In this document: positions 9,200 through 19,691 of the stretch, piece by piece
Layout: every line of letters starts with the position of its first letter
Position numbering within the stretch: the stretch's first letter is position 1
Source: Lacipirellula sp.
Lineage (GTDB): Bacteria > Planctomycetota > Planctomycetia > Pirellulales > Lacipirellulaceae
Reading direction: 5' to 3'
DNA: 64,000 nucleotides
NCBI RefSeq assembly: GCF_965279485.1
Contig: NZ_CBDIIC010000001.1
Coordinates: 1,512,016 to 1,576,015, forward strand
Notes under the pieces: model-generated
The model's database searches: none
What the model was told of the DNA's origin: nothing
The model's input: only the letters and a program-made list of their open reading frames with translations
Made by a program: the position numbers and the translations under genes

Positions 9200-10612
9200 A
9201 TGCCCATCCTGCGCTTGCTTTCTCGCCGCGCCTCCCGTCCCGCCCTGTGGCCCCTCGCCTTGGCCGTGAGCATCGGTACGTTGCCGCCGCAGCATGCCGT
9301 CGCGTCGCCTGCCGACCGGGTGACCCCGGTGGTGACCGCGGTTCGCAATGCAGCGCCAGCCGTGGTGAATATTCAGGGGCAGAAGTCGGTGACCGACCCG
9401 CTCGTCGCCGGTCGCGCTGCCCCGGCTTCCCGCGAAGTCAACGGCATGGGCACCGGCGTGGTCATCGACTCACGCGGCTACATCCTTACCAACTTCCACG
9501 TCGTCGACGGCGTGCGGCAGATCAACGTGACGCTCGACGGCGGCCAGGCTTACGTCGCCCAGTTGGTCGCCAACGACCGCGAAACGGACCTCGCCGTCAT
9601 CCGCATCAAGACGCCCCAACCGCTGCCGACCATCCACATCGGCACGTCGCAAGACCTGATGACCGGCGAAACGGTTATCGCACTCGGCAACGCCTACGGC
9701 TACGAACACACCGTCACCTCGGGCATCATCAGCGCGTTGCACCGCAACGTGCAGGTGAACGAAACGCAGCAGTATCTCGATCTGATTCAAACCGACGCCA
9801 GCATCAATCCCGGTAATTCGGGCGGCCCGCTGATGAACCTCGACGGCGACATGATCGGCCTGAACGTCGCCGTTCGCGCCGGCGCCCAAGGGATCGGGTT
9901 CGCTATTCCCGTCGACAAAGCGGTTGAAGTTGCGACGCGGATGATCAAAGTCGAGAAGCTTGAGTCGTACTGGCACGGCATCACCCCGCTCGCGGCCGAC
10001 GGTCCGACGGGCCCGGTGACGATCGCCCGGATCGAACGCGACAGCCCTGCAGAAATCAGCGGCCTGCAACGGGGCGACTTGCTCGAGCAAATTGGAACGA
10101 CTGCGATCGACCGCCCGCTCGACGTGGAGCGCGCCTTGCTAGGACGCCGCGCTGGCGAACGGGTGCCGGTCCTCGTGCAACGCGATGGCCAACAGGTTGC
10201 ACTCGATATGATCGTCGCCGCCAAACCAGGCCCTGGCCGCAGCCGCGTCGCCGAGTCGAACTCGCAACTCGGGCCCTTCCAACAGGCAACATGGGATGCT
10301 TTCGGGCTGACGCTAGAACCAGTCTCGAAGAGCACGCTGACCGATCGCGGCTTGCCGCTCGACGGCGGCATGCGGGTCGTCTCGGTGAAGCCTGGCAGCT
10401 CGGCCTCGACTCAAGGCGTCGTCGCCGGCGACATCCTCGTGCAAATTCACCGCTGGTACACCACCAGCGAAGAAGACGTGCAGTTCATTCTGAACCGTGC
10501 TGACGCTGTGGCGAAGTTGGGCCCGGTGCGGTTCGACATCGTCCGCGGCGGCGAGCGGTTCTTCGGGCAACTGGCCCTAAGCACGAGCGGCGGCGAGACG
10601 ACTCGCCGGTAG
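9200..10612 (+). CDS. HtrA/DegP-like trypsin serine protease with two PDZ domains
   Basis: GTGVVID, LTNFHVV (His), DLAVIRI (Asp), TDASINPGNSGGPL (Ser), two PDZ-like regions. Confidence 0.92.
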   Translation: MPILRLLSRRASRPALWPLALAVSIGTLPPQHAVASPADRVTPVVTAVRNAAPAVVNIQGQKSVTDPLVAGRAAPASREVNGMGTGVVIDSRGYILTNFHVVDGVRQINVTLDGGQAYVAQLVANDRETDLAVIRIKTPQPLPTIHIGTSQDLMTGETVIALGNAYGYEHTVTSGIISALHRNVQVNETQQYLDLIQTDASINPGNSGGPLMNLDGDMIGLNVAVRAGAQGIGFAIPVDKAVEVATRMIKVEKLESYWHGITPLAADGPTGPVTIARIERDSPAEISGLQRGDLLEQIGTTAIDRPLDVERALLGRRAGERVPVLVQRDGQQVALDMIVAAKPGPGRSRVAESNSQLGPFQQATWDAFGLTLEPVSKSTLTDRGLPLDGGMRVVSVKPGSSASTQGVVAGDILVQIHRWYTTSEEDVQFILNRADAVAKLGPVRFDIVRGGERFFGQLALSTSGGETTRR

Positions 10613-10641
10613 TTCGCTGCTGATAACCAACTTGATTCAAC

Positions 10642-10686
10642 AAAAAACGGGGCCTTGCTGAGCATTCAGCAAGGCCCCGTTTTGTT
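10642..10686. terminator. Bidirectional intrinsic terminator
   Basis: aaaaaacggggccttgctga-gcat-tcagcaaggccccgttttg between convergent genes. Confidence 0.85.
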
Positions 10687-10693
10687 TACGTTC

Positions 10694-10782
10694 TAGCCCC
10701 GGGCTCCGCCCGGGGGTCGGTATCCATTCCGTTTGGCAACGTTGCGCGACGTGGTAGCCCCCCCGGGTGGAGCCCGGGGCTA
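10694..10782. repeat. REP doublet (23-bp arms, one mismatch)
   Basis: tagccccgggctccgcccggggg (10694-10716) and cccccgggtggagcccggggcta (10760-10782). Confidence 0.85.
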
Positions 10783-10804
10783 AAGCGGACCGCGAACGGC
10801 CGCG

Positions 10805-12277
10805 CTAGCTCAGCGCCACGGTGACCGTCTTCGTTTCTGTGTACGCCTGTAGGCCAGCTTCGCCGAGTTCACGGCCAAGACCGCTCTCTTTGAATCCGCC
10901 GAACGGCGCGCCGGCGTCGAAGACATCGTAGCAATTGATCCACACCGTGCCGGCCCGCAAGCGGGCGGCCAGGCGGTGGGCCTTGCCGATGTCACGGCTC
11001 CACACGGCGGCCGCGAGGCCGAAGTTGCCGGCGTTGGCCCGCCGGGCGATTTCGTCGACGTCGCTGAACTTCAGCACGCTCAGCACAGGGCCAAAGATCT
11101 CGTCGGTCGCGATCCGCATGTCGTCGGTCACGCCGGCGAAGAGCGTCGGCTCGATGTAAAAGCCTTCGTCGCCGTGCCGCTTGCCGCCGCTGATGAGCTT
11201 GGCCCCATCTTGCTTTCCGTACTCGACGTACTTGAGAATCTTGTCGAACTGCGCCTTGTCGATCTGCGGACCTTGCTCGGTCTCGGGATCAAAAGGATCG
11301 CCCAGCTTCCGCTCGTGGTTCTTTGACTTCAGGCGGTCGACGAACTCGTCGTGAATGCTGTCTTCAACGAAGAGCCGGCTGCCGGCACAGCAGCATTGAC
11401 CTTGGTTGAAGTAGAGGCCGAAGTGGGCCCCGTCGACCGCGGCGTCGATGTCGGCGTCGGCGAACACGACGTTCGGGCTCTTGCCGCCGAGTTCGAACGT
11501 GACCCGCTTCATCGTTTCGAGCGCTTCGCGTTGGATGATCTTCGCGGTCGTCCCTTCGCCGGTGAAGGCGATCTTATCAACGCCGGGATGCTTTACGAGC
11601 GCGGCGCCAGCGGTCGGACCGTAGCCCGGGACAACGTTGATCACGCCGTCAGGAATGCCGGCCTTCTGGGCGAGGCGAGCCATCCGCAAGCAGCTGAGCG
11701 GCGTTTGCTCGGCCGGCTTCATGACGATCGTGCAGCCCGCCGCCAACGCGGGGCCCCACTTCCAGGCCGTCATCAGCGCGGGGAAGTTCCAGGGGATGAT
11801 CTGACCGACGACACCCACCGGCTCGCGGCGGGTGTAGGTGAAGTAGTCGCCGCGAACCGGGATCGTGGCGCCTTGGATCTTGTCGGCCCACCCGGCGTAG
11901 TAGCGAATGCAGTCGATCACCAATGGAATGTCGGCGCCGCGGGCGTCGCGAATCGGCTTGCCGTTGTCGAGCGTCTCGATCGCCGCGAGTTCGTCGGCTT
12001 CCTCTTCGAGCAGGTCGGCGAACTTGTTCATCAGGATGCCGCGATCGCGGGCGTCCATCTTCGACCACTCGCCGCCGTCGAACTGCGCGCGGGCCGCCTT
12101 TACCGCAGCGTCGATGTCGGCCTTATCGCCTTCGGCGACTTCGGCGATCACTTCTTCCGTCGCGGGGTGGACCGTCTCGAAGGTCTTGCCGCTCTTCGCG
12201 GGCACCCATTCGCCGCCGATGAAGCACTGCGTCTGACGAACTTGCGGACGGGCGAACTTTTCAGTCACCGTGGCCAT
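10805..12277 (-). CDS. NAD-dependent aldehyde dehydrogenase (ALDH1/2-like)
   Basis: [53 protein letters not shown]; start MATVTEK at 12277. Confidence 0.95.
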   Translation of the reverse strand: MATVTEKFARPQVRQTQCFIGGEWVPAKSGKTFETVHPATEEVIAEVAEGDKADIDAAVKAARAQFDGGEWSKMDARDRGILMNKFADLLEEEADELAAIETLDNGKPIRDARGADIPLVIDCIRYYAGWADKIQGATIPVRGDYFTYTRREPVGVVGQIIPWNFPALMTAWKWGPALAAGCTIVMKPAEQTPLSCLRMARLAQKAGIPDGVINVVPGYGPTAGAALVKHPGVDKIAFTGEGTTAKIIQREALETMKRVTFELGGKSPNVVFADADIDAAVDGAHFGLYFNQGQCCCAGSRLFVEDSIHDEFVDRLKSKNHERKLGDPFDPETEQGPQIDKAQFDKILKYVEYGKQDGAKLISGGKRHGDEGFYIEPTLFAGVTDDMRIATDEIFGPVLSVLKFSDVDEIARRANAGNFGLAAAVWSRDIGKAHRLAARLRAGTVWINCYDVFDAGAPFGGFKESGLGRELGEAGLQAYTETKTVTVALS

Positions 12278-12699
12278 AGACGTGATTCTCCTGCCTGGAC
12301 CTGTGAGCGGGGCGAAAGCTGGCGTCGGCGCGACGCCGATTCCAAGCCGCTCGCTTGGTGAAAAGAGCGAAGCGCGTGCGGCATGTTCGCATTGTATCAC
12401 TTCGCTGGCTCTTGCAACCAGCGGCTGAGGCGCCGCTCGGCCAACGCGCCACTCGACCGACGTCCCGCTTGCCTCGCTCGAACCGTGTCGAAATAAGCGC
12501 AACGACGCAAAATCGTCGGTCCGATTGCACCGTTCGCAACGATTCGGCTCGGCGTGTTTTGGCGGGGTGCGTGCGCTTTACGGCAAATCGCGAGCTAGGT
12601 TTTGGTAGGGCCGGTAATACCTTCGGCAAATTTCGTAACGGCGGCGCTATGCGCGCGCCTCGCCACGGTCGTTGGCAGCCGTTGGTTGGGAGAGAGACT

Positions 12700-14142
12700 A
12701 TGTATATCAAACGGCGGCAAGTTCTGATCGCGATGCTCGTCATGAGCCAACTCGGCTGCATGGCGTTCGGGGTGTTGTGGGCGTCGCAGTGGCTTCACGC
12801 CGCGTTCAATCAGATCATCCATCGCTCGGTGACGCTCCAGGCGGAATCGCTTGCGCTGACCATCGCCCGGCAATCGTCCGATCTCGCCGATTTGCAGCAA
12901 CCAGTCGACGCGCCAGGGAGCAAAGACTCGCTCCAGCGCCTCGTCGAACAACTCAACGTTCCTCACGATGGATTCGTCTCGATCGTCCGAACGGCCGACG
13001 GCAAGGTCATCGCCGCGACGCTCGCGGCGCCTGCGGGCATCAAAGCGGGAACGGCTCTCACGACGGAGACGCTGCAGTCTGGCAAGGGCTCCCCGCAACC
13101 GCTGCTCGCCGCCCTGACTCAGGACAAAGGCGAGGGAAAGCAGTCGTTCGTCTCCGGCATGTCGGAATTCGCGGGCCAGCCGTACGCGGTAACCGCTTTG
13201 AACGTCCCACAGCACGAGGCGGCGATTGTCGTCTCGCTCTCAGACGCGAGCGTCAATCGACTGTCGGCGGAACTTGTGACTCCAATGATTCAGGTCGGCT
13301 TCGTGCTCACTGGCGCCGTCGTTGGCGCCACGGCGCTGTGCACGATCTTCCTGGTTCGACGGTTCGATAGCACGCTGCTGGAAGTCAGCTCGTCGCTTGA
13401 ACGCGAAGTCGAACGTCGCACGCTCGGGTTGCAACGGAGCCGCAACGCCGTCGTGTTCGGTTTGGCGAAGCTCGCTGAGTCGCGCGACAAGGATGCTGGC
13501 CAGCACCTCGAACGGCTGCGGACCTACGTGACGGTCCTCGCCAGTGAGCTCGCCAAGCACAACTCGAAAATCGACCACCACTACGTCGCTAACCTCGCCA
13601 TCGCGTCGGCGCTGCACGACGTTGGCAAGATGGGCGTCCCCGACGCGGTGATCTTGAAGCTCGGTAAGCTGACCGCCGCCGAACGGCGCGCCATGCAGAT
13701 GCACACCGTCCTCGGCGACGAGTGCCTCGCCTCGGTCGAGCGGATGCTCGGCGACAACGACCAATTTCTTACCTTCGCCCGCGAAGTCGCCGCCGCCCAC
13801 CACGAACAATGGGACGGCAGCGGCTACCCCTACGGACTGCAGGGGAAGGACATCCCGTTGGCCGCGCGGATTGTCGCCCTGGCCGACGTGTACGACGCTC
13901 TCACCTCGCACCGCGAGTATCGCCCTGCGGCAAGCCACGCCGAGGCCCGCGAGTGGATCGTCTCGCACTACGGCTCGCAGTTTGATCCCGAAGTGGTCGA
14001 AGCGTTCATCGCCCGCGAAGTCGACTTTGCGAAGATCAGCCAGGCGGCTGCTCAGCTCGACGAACGGCGAGTCGCAGGGGGCGTGCAGGCGCCGGCCGCC
14101 ACGCAGCCCGAGCAACAACCCGCTGCCGGATCGGCCGTTTAA
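12700..14142 (+). CDS. Membrane-anchored HD-GYP (c-di-GMP phosphodiesterase) protein with extracytoplasmic sensor region
   Basis: Two TM segments flanking a Cache-like region; LHDVGKMGVPD, HHEQWDGSGYP, RIVALADVYDAL motifs; start at ATG 12700 after GGGAGAG. Confidence 0.88.
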   Translation: MYIKRRQVLIAMLVMSQLGCMAFGVLWASQWLHAAFNQIIHRSVTLQAESLALTIARQSSDLADLQQPVDAPGSKDSLQRLVEQLNVPHDGFVSIVRTADGKVIAATLAAPAGIKAGTALTTETLQSGKGSPQPLLAALTQDKGEGKQSFVSGMSEFAGQPYAVTALNVPQHEAAIVVSLSDASVNRLSAELVTPMIQVGFVLTGAVVGATALCTIFLVRRFDSTLLEVSSSLEREVERRTLGLQRSRNAVVFGLAKLAESRDKDAGQHLERLRTYVTVLASELAKHNSKIDHHYVANLAIASALHDVGKMGVPDAVILKLGKLTAAERRAMQMHTVLGDECLASVERMLGDNDQFLTFAREVAAAHHEQWDGSGYPYGLQGKDIPLAARIVALADVYDALTSHREYRPAASHAEAREWIVSHYGSQFDPEVVEAFIAREVDFAKISQAAAQLDERRVAGGVQAPAATQPEQQPAAGSAV

Positions 14143-14261
14143 CGGCTGTGCTGCCTGGGCGCGTCGTTTGCACTCTGCCCCGCCGAACTGCTTGCTTCCA
14201 GGCCGACTCGGCCTGATACTGGCGGTTCGCGGGTTATTGGGTGCAACTTAGGGACGACGCC

Positions 14262-15917
14262 ATGAAGTTTTTGCCGTTTTTGCAGCCGGGCTGCGCGCTT
14301 AGGAACCAGTCGGCCGGAAAATGGCTGCAGGCAGCGCCAATGGTTGCCGCACTCGCCGGCATTGGCGGGCTCGCGACCGAAACAGAAGCCGGCATCGTCG
14401 GTCGCAAGCTAGTCGCGACGGGCCTGAATGCGCCTATGTTCGCCACATTCGCACCCGGCGATTCGACGCGGCTGTTTATCGCTGAACGTGGCGCCGGTTC
14501 GGCAAGCAACGCGACGGCGGCGATTCGGATCCTCAACCTCCAAACCGGATTGCTGGAGCCGACGCCGTTCCTCTCGATCCCCGGCGTCAACACAAACACC
14601 GAGGGAGGGCTGTTGGGGCTCGCGTTCCATCCCGACTTCCAAACGAACCGCAAGTTCTACGCTTATGTGACTGCGAACGACTCCGATCCCAACACGCCGT
14701 TCAGCTCTTACATCCGCGAGTACACGGCGCCGAGCGCCACATCGAACACGGCCAACACAGCGTTCACTCCGATTCTGAGTTGGCCGCAGCCGCAGGCTAA
14801 TCACAACGGCGGCTTCATTGGCTTCAGTCCCAACGACGGGTATCTGTACGTCGCCTTGGGAGACGGCGGGAATGGTAACGACCAGGGAACGGGGCACACC
14901 GAACCCGGAGGCAATGCGCAGGACCTCACGTCCAACTTCCTGGGCAAGATGTTGCGCGTCGACGTTGATCGCGACGACTTCCCCGCGGACGCGAACAAGA
15001 ACTACGGGATTCCATACGATACGGCCGAATCGCCGGGCAATCCGTTCGCCCCTGCCACTCCCGGCGCCACGAATCCGACTGGCGACGACGAGATTTGGGC
15101 CTACGGGCTCCGCAATCCTTACCGCGCTGGCTTCGATCGCGCGACCGGGGATTTGTGGATCGGCGACGTCGGCCAAGACCGGCGAGAGGAAATAGATTTC
15201 CAACCCGGCAATAGCCAAGGGGGTGAAAACTACGGTTGGCGGATTCGAGAAGGATTGATTCAGACGCCCTCGGTTGGAGGACCCAAGCCGACCGGCGTCA
15301 TCGATCCCGTCTGGGACTACAAACGTCCCGGCGATAGCACGCTCACGCCTGCTGAGGCCGATTTCGTCGGCACTACGGTCATCGGCGGCGTTCCGTACCG
15401 TGGTCCCGATCCGGAACTGCAAGGGCTCTACTTCTTCGGCGACTATGGCAGCAATCGACTCTGGACCCTCCGACCAGCGACGGAGACTTCTCCGCAAGTC
15501 GTTACGTACGTCACGCCTCAGCTGCCAGTCGACACTGGCTCGCCTGGCGGCCTTTCGTCGATCGTTGAAGATGCGAACGGCAACATCTACCTCACCTACC
15601 TTAGCGGCTCCGTCTACCGGATCGTGACCAACGCCCTGACGCCCGGCGACTTCAATGCGGATGCAAAGGTCGACGGTACGGACCTTGCCGCTTGGAAGAC
15701 GGGCTTCGGCACGACGACCGGAGCGACCGCGGCCAATGGCGACGCCGACGGAGATGGCGACGTCGATGGCGCCGACTTCCTCGCATGGCAACGCAACTAT
15801 GGTTGGTCGGCGTTGAACGTCGGCGGAGCGCCGGCGGCAACCGTGCCGGAGCCGACTACCGCGTTCCTGGGGGGACTCGCGGCGCTCGGGTTGGTGCGCG
15901 GGCGGCGGCGCGTTTAA
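14262..15917 (+). CDS. PQQ-dependent sugar (glucose/sorbosone) dehydrogenase family protein with dockerin-like repeat and PEP-CTERM tail
   Basis: GLLGLAFHPDF, NHNGG, LGDGG, GKMLRVD, IWAYGLRNPYR, DVGQ..REEID; GDFNADAKVDGTDL..W; VPEP-TM-RRR. Confidence 0.88.
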   Translation: MKFLPFLQPGCALRNQSAGKWLQAAPMVAALAGIGGLATETEAGIVGRKLVATGLNAPMFATFAPGDSTRLFIAERGAGSASNATAAIRILNLQTGLLEPTPFLSIPGVNTNTEGGLLGLAFHPDFQTNRKFYAYVTANDSDPNTPFSSYIREYTAPSATSNTANTAFTPILSWPQPQANHNGGFIGFSPNDGYLYVALGDGGNGNDQGTGHTEPGGNAQDLTSNFLGKMLRVDVDRDDFPADANKNYGIPYDTAESPGNPFAPATPGATNPTGDDEIWAYGLRNPYRAGFDRATGDLWIGDVGQDRREEIDFQPGNSQGGENYGWRIREGLIQTPSVGGPKPTGVIDPVWDYKRPGDSTLTPAEADFVGTTVIGGVPYRGPDPELQGLYFFGDYGSNRLWTLRPATETSPQVVTYVTPQLPVDTGSPGGLSSIVEDANGNIYLTYLSGSVYRIVTNALTPGDFNADAKVDGTDLAAWKTGFGTTTGATAANGDADGDGDVDGADFLAWQRNYGWSALNVGGAPAATVPEPTTAFLGGLAALGLVRGRRRV

Positions 15918-15949
15918 CGCGGCGCGTCCGTTGAGCGCGGAATCAAACG

Positions 15950-15974
15950 CCCCCGGTTTGAAGAACCGGGGGCT
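15950..15974. repeat. Short palindromic repeat, copy 1
   Basis: cccccggtttgaagaaccgggggct, identical at 22007-22031. Confidence 0.8.
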
Positions 15975-16002
15975 CAGGGGCGCTCGGCACGACGCGACGC
16001 TG

Positions 16003-16371
16003 CTAGGCGTCGTCGAAGTCGGGGTCGTCGGCGAACGGCGAGTCTTCGTCCTCGTCGTCCTTTTCCTTGATGTCTTCGTCGGGCTCGGCGCCGCCGAAGG
16101 TATCGGGGAACTCCTCATCCTCGGTGAGGTCGTCTTCCCAATCTTCTTCGAAGTCGTCGTCGAAATCGTCGTCGAAGTCGTCGTCTTCGAAGTCGTCGAA
16201 GGGATCGTCCCCTTCGGATGTTTCGCTAGCGGTCGATTCGCCTGTGAAGTCGCTGGGCGTTTCGTCGAAGGTCCATGGCCGATCGCCCAATTCCGACGTC
16301 CCGTTGAGGTTACGGGCGAAGAGGGGGGCGACGTCGCCGTGGGGCGACTCCAGAATCGACTCGGCCGACAT
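16003..16371 (-). CDS. Small, extremely acidic (Asp/Glu-rich) protein
   Basis: DDPFDDFEDDDFDDDFDDDFEEDWEDDL...; alternative start 16383. Confidence 0.7.
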   Translation of the reverse strand: MSAESILESPHGDVAPLFARNLNGTSELGDRPWTFDETPSDFTGESTASETSEGDDPFDDFEDDDFDDDFDDDFEEDWEDDLTEDEEFPDTFGGAEPDEDIKEKDDEDEDSPFADDPDFDDA

Positions 16372-16619
16372 GGCGCAGACCATTTGCTTGCAAACCTTCG
16401 CGGGGATGAAAAACGTGCCGCCTCAGCGTCGTTCCGGGGGCTGGCAGGCGCCCTGGACGAGCCACAACGATAGCATGAATCCTCCAGAATTGCTCCCCGT
16501 CTCGGCGGCGTCAACCGCCTGCGGGTGCTGGCAGGCCTGTCTAGGCCGATTTTCGGCTTTCCGGTAGACTGACGGCGTTCGCGCGACACCCCCGCGCGCC
16601 GCATGGATGTAAAGGGTCG

Positions 16620-18464
16620 ATGGAAATGGACGGAGCTGCGCTTTTCGCGTTGATCGCCGCGGTCGGTTTTGGCTGGCAGCCAATGCCGGACGGAAGCGAG
16701 CGGTACGAATATATCGTCCAGGTTGACGAAGAACTCGCCGCAACGCTGGCCTCTGGAAAGTCGATCCCCATCGTCGGTGAAGTCCCCGACGATATCCGCC
16801 CGATCGGCCGGGTGCGTGTGGTGATTGGCGACGGCGCTCCCCCGCGCGAGCGGATGGTAACGCGGCTCAAGCCGGTGGTCGCAGCCACCATGGCTAAGCC
16901 GGAACTCGCCGCCGAGGAGTCGATCGTCGTCCGTGGACAGAACGCCGTCGGGTCGACAGCCTACAACCCCTACAGCGAAGTTCCGCAGCAACTTTCGCAG
17001 CAGGCAACGGCGGCGGCCAACGCCGTGAGCAACGCGGCGACTGAAGCCTGGAACAGCGGCTCGACTCCGGCCCCATCTAGCCAGGCGCTGTTCGACAATG
17101 CCGTCGCGAGCGGCACGCAGGCCTGGAACGATAATGTCGCCGGCCCTGCGACCACCGCGGTGAACAACGCCGCCCAGAACCTGCAAACTCAACTTGGCAA
17201 CTCGGTTCAGCAAGGTTTTAACAACGCCTCCAACCAATTGCAGCAGAACGCTCAGAATGCTGCGGCATCGCTTGGCGAGCGAACGAGCAGCGTGATCGAC
17301 CAATTGCGGAATCCCCAAGCACGGCAGCCCGCGGCAACGTCGCGAGACGTTCGCAACCAAGCGGCTCCGCTCGCCGCGGTCGCTCCGCCGGCAACGGGTT
17401 CCGCAATGAACGGCGCTCCGCCCGCGGTGTACGGCGACTCGCAAGCGGCGAATAACTGGAATCAAGACCCGCTCCCCACGAGCACTCCGCTGCAGTCGAA
17501 CGTGCAGGCCCCTGCTCCGTCGGCGACGAACGGCAACACATGGAACAACACCGCAACGGCCCCATTCCCCGCCGCCGCGCCGCTGGCGAACCAAGGGACG
17601 AACGGCTTCGGCAACACAGGCAATGGCGGAACGCAGCCGACGACGCAGTTCTCACAGCAACAACAGCAGCAGCCGTCGAATGGTGCGCCTGCTGCAAACG
17701 AGTGGAACACCGATAACTTTGCGGCCGGCCAACCCCCAACAAACGGAATGGGCGGCGTCAACAACACGGCAACCAACAACACAGCGACCAGCAACCCATG
17801 GCAAGGGGTCGCCGATCCGCGCGTGCCAGCCACGACCACAGGATCGACGAGCAGCACACCTGGAACCGGCGTCCTGCCGCCACAGGGCGATCTCGCCAAC
17901 GGGCAGACGCGGCCGTTCGGCGGCGTCGGTTCGCAGTGGTCGGGCGACTCGCCCATCCCATCGGCTCCTCCGCTCGCTTCCGAAACGAATCTCGCTGGCG
18001 CTGGTTCGACGCTCTCGCCATCGAACACTGGGGCGCCCGCCATCAGCGTGGGAATGATGAACCAGAACCCAAACCGCCCGCTCGACGAACTCGCCGGCGC
18101 GACGGGGACTGGAACAGGCACGCCCGCAACGCACGCCTCGACCGGGCAGACGACCCCGCCGGCGACGATGAATCGCGACATCTTCAATACCACACGACCG
18201 AATCAGCAGACCAACGGACAACTGGCCGGCCCCGGCCAGACGCCGAACCAACCGTCGGCGAACGCCGCGAACACGGCGACCACTGGGTCCCCCGCCGGCG
18301 GGCGTGACAATGCGTTCATCGCCTTGGTGGCGTGGGTGATGCTGTTCGGCTCGGCGTTCGGGAATCTGTATCTCTTCTGGAGCTACCTCGACGTGCGGCA
18401 GAAGTACCGGTCGCTGGTTCGCAAAACCGCGCGAGCCGTCGGCAGTCGTTTTTCGGCGGCGTAG
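16620..18464 (+). CDS. Planctomycete hypothetical: signal peptide, small N-terminal domain, long Q/N/T/P-rich linker, C-terminal TM anchor
   Basis: FGWQPMPDG..YEYIVQ domain; low-complexity middle; AWVMLFGSAFGNLYLFWSY then basic tail. Confidence 0.75.
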   Translation: MEMDGAALFALIAAVGFGWQPMPDGSERYEYIVQVDEELAATLASGKSIPIVGEVPDDIRPIGRVRVVIGDGAPPRERMVTRLKPVVAATMAKPELAAEESIVVRGQNAVGSTAYNPYSEVPQQLSQQATAAANAVSNAATEAWNSGSTPAPSSQALFDNAVASGTQAWNDNVAGPATTAVNNAAQNLQTQLGNSVQQGFNNASNQLQQNAQNAAASLGERTSSVIDQLRNPQARQPAATSRDVRNQAAPLAAVAPPATGSAMNGAPPAVYGDSQAANNWNQDPLPTSTPLQSNVQAPAPSATNGNTWNNTATAPFPAAAPLANQGTNGFGNTGNGGTQPTTQFSQQQQQQPSNGAPAANEWNTDNFAAGQPPTNGMGGVNNTATNNTATSNPWQGVADPRVPATTTGSTSSTPGTGVLPPQGDLANGQTRPFGGVGSQWSGDSPIPSAPPLASETNLAGAGSTLSPSNTGAPAISVGMMNQNPNRPLDELAGATGTGTGTPATHASTGQTTPPATMNRDIFNTTRPNQQTNGQLAGPGQTPNQPSANAANTATTGSPAGGRDNAFIALVAWVMLFGSAFGNLYLFWSYLDVRQKYRSLVRKTARAVGSRFSAA

Positions 18465-18490
18465 GCTTTGCGTTTATGAAGATGTACGCC

Positions 18491-18926
18491 CTCGTTCCCA
18501 CGCTCCGCGTGGGAACGCCACTTCCGACGCTCTGCGTCGCGTGTCGTAGTATGTGGCACGCCCTCCGCACGCGCCTTGGCTTGCTTGCCGCAGAGCGGCG
18601 TTGGCGACGTTCTCACGCAGAGGGTGGGAAGAAGGCTAGTCGTCGTGTCGTGTCGCTTGGCGACGCGAAATGCGATTTTAGGCGACACAACGTAAGTCCC
18701 TTCTATTGTTCGAGTTAGCAGCCGTTTTGCTCATTTTTCGCGGATGCGACGCGACACTAAGCGAAGCGGTTCCTTCTTTGTTCCTCGTTCCCACGCTCCG
18801 CGTGGTAACGTCGACTTCGACGCTCTGCGTCGCGAAACGGAAGCGTCTTGAGTTGCTTCGAACCACATGACTGGACTGCCGCGGAGCGGCGGGGAGTGCG
18901 TTTCCACGCGGAGCGTGGGAACGAGA
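18491..18926. repeat. Cluster of two REPIN-like doublets
   Basis: ctcgttcccacgctccgcgtgg(g/t)aacg plus cgacgctctgcgtcgc at 18491 and 18784; inverted partners near 18590-18645 (degenerate) and 18880-18926. Confidence 0.85.
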
Positions 18927-19031
18927 ACTCAGCGCGCACCGGTTGCCGGGACAGTCGCTACAATGCTCCCATTATCGCGAAATTAGTCGTCCGCGCCTCG
19001 CGCGATTTTCGGCCACCCTGTGCAAACGCCT

Positions 19032-19595
19032 ATGTCGACTCCGGCAGCCCGCAGACGATTCTTCTCGCTGAGACGGTTCGTCATCCTCGCGGCAGTTGTC
19101 GCGCTGGGCTGGGCGACTTACGAGGGAATGATTCGTTGGCGACTGTCGCAACTCTACGGCGGCTTCGACCGTGTCGCGATGTTGCAGAATGCGACTGAAG
19201 TGACCGCCTGGCGGCTGATGCCGCCCGCGCAGTGGCAGGCGGGAATGCCGGTGGAGGCGGCGGCGCCAGGGGAGTTTCAAGTCGTCGGCGATCCCGTCGA
19301 ATTGTCGCGCGGCGCCGCGTACGAATTGCAACAGTTGCTCGCGACGCCGGGGAGCTATCGGTTCTTCGCTCCCATCATCAGGGAATGCGGCCCGCCTGAT
19401 TATGGCGTGAAGTTTTCGTTCATCAGCGGCGGCGATGAAGTGGATGTTTACGTTTTCTTTAAATGCCGCGAGTTGGCGGTGACGCGGAGCGACGGGACGA
19501 ATCGCAAGGCCGATTTTGATCCGTCGGGGCCGAGGTTGATCGCGATCGCGCAGGAGTTGTTTCCTGGGGATACGGAGATTCAGGCGCTGAAGTAG
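19032..19595 (+). CDS. Membrane-anchored hypothetical protein, tandem paralog 1
   Basis: RRRFFSLRRF N-terminus plus TM; C-terminal domain similar to 19692-20240. Confidence 0.75.
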   Translation: MSTPAARRRFFSLRRFVILAAVVALGWATYEGMIRWRLSQLYGGFDRVAMLQNATEVTAWRLMPPAQWQAGMPVEAAAPGEFQVVGDPVELSRGAAYELQQLLATPGSYRFFAPIIRECGPPDYGVKFSFISGGDEVDVYVFFKCRELAVTRSDGTNRKADFDPSGPRLIAIAQELFPGDTEIQALK

Positions 19596-19691
19596 TTGAG
19601 CCGCGCGTGAGCGGTAGCGGCAACGCCGATAGCCGGCGTGGCAATCGCGCCAACTGTTCGCATCACCTGCTTTCAACTCGTCCGCGGCTAA

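Noticed and set aside
14409-17594. 1061-aa minus-strand ORF
   Set aside because: Overlaps three well-supported genes; Arg/Ser-rich composition typical of high-GC shadow frames.
18491-18926. CRISPR array
   Set aside because: Units occur in both orientations with irregular spacing and no cas genes; fits REPINs. No CRISPR array was seen anywhere in the window.
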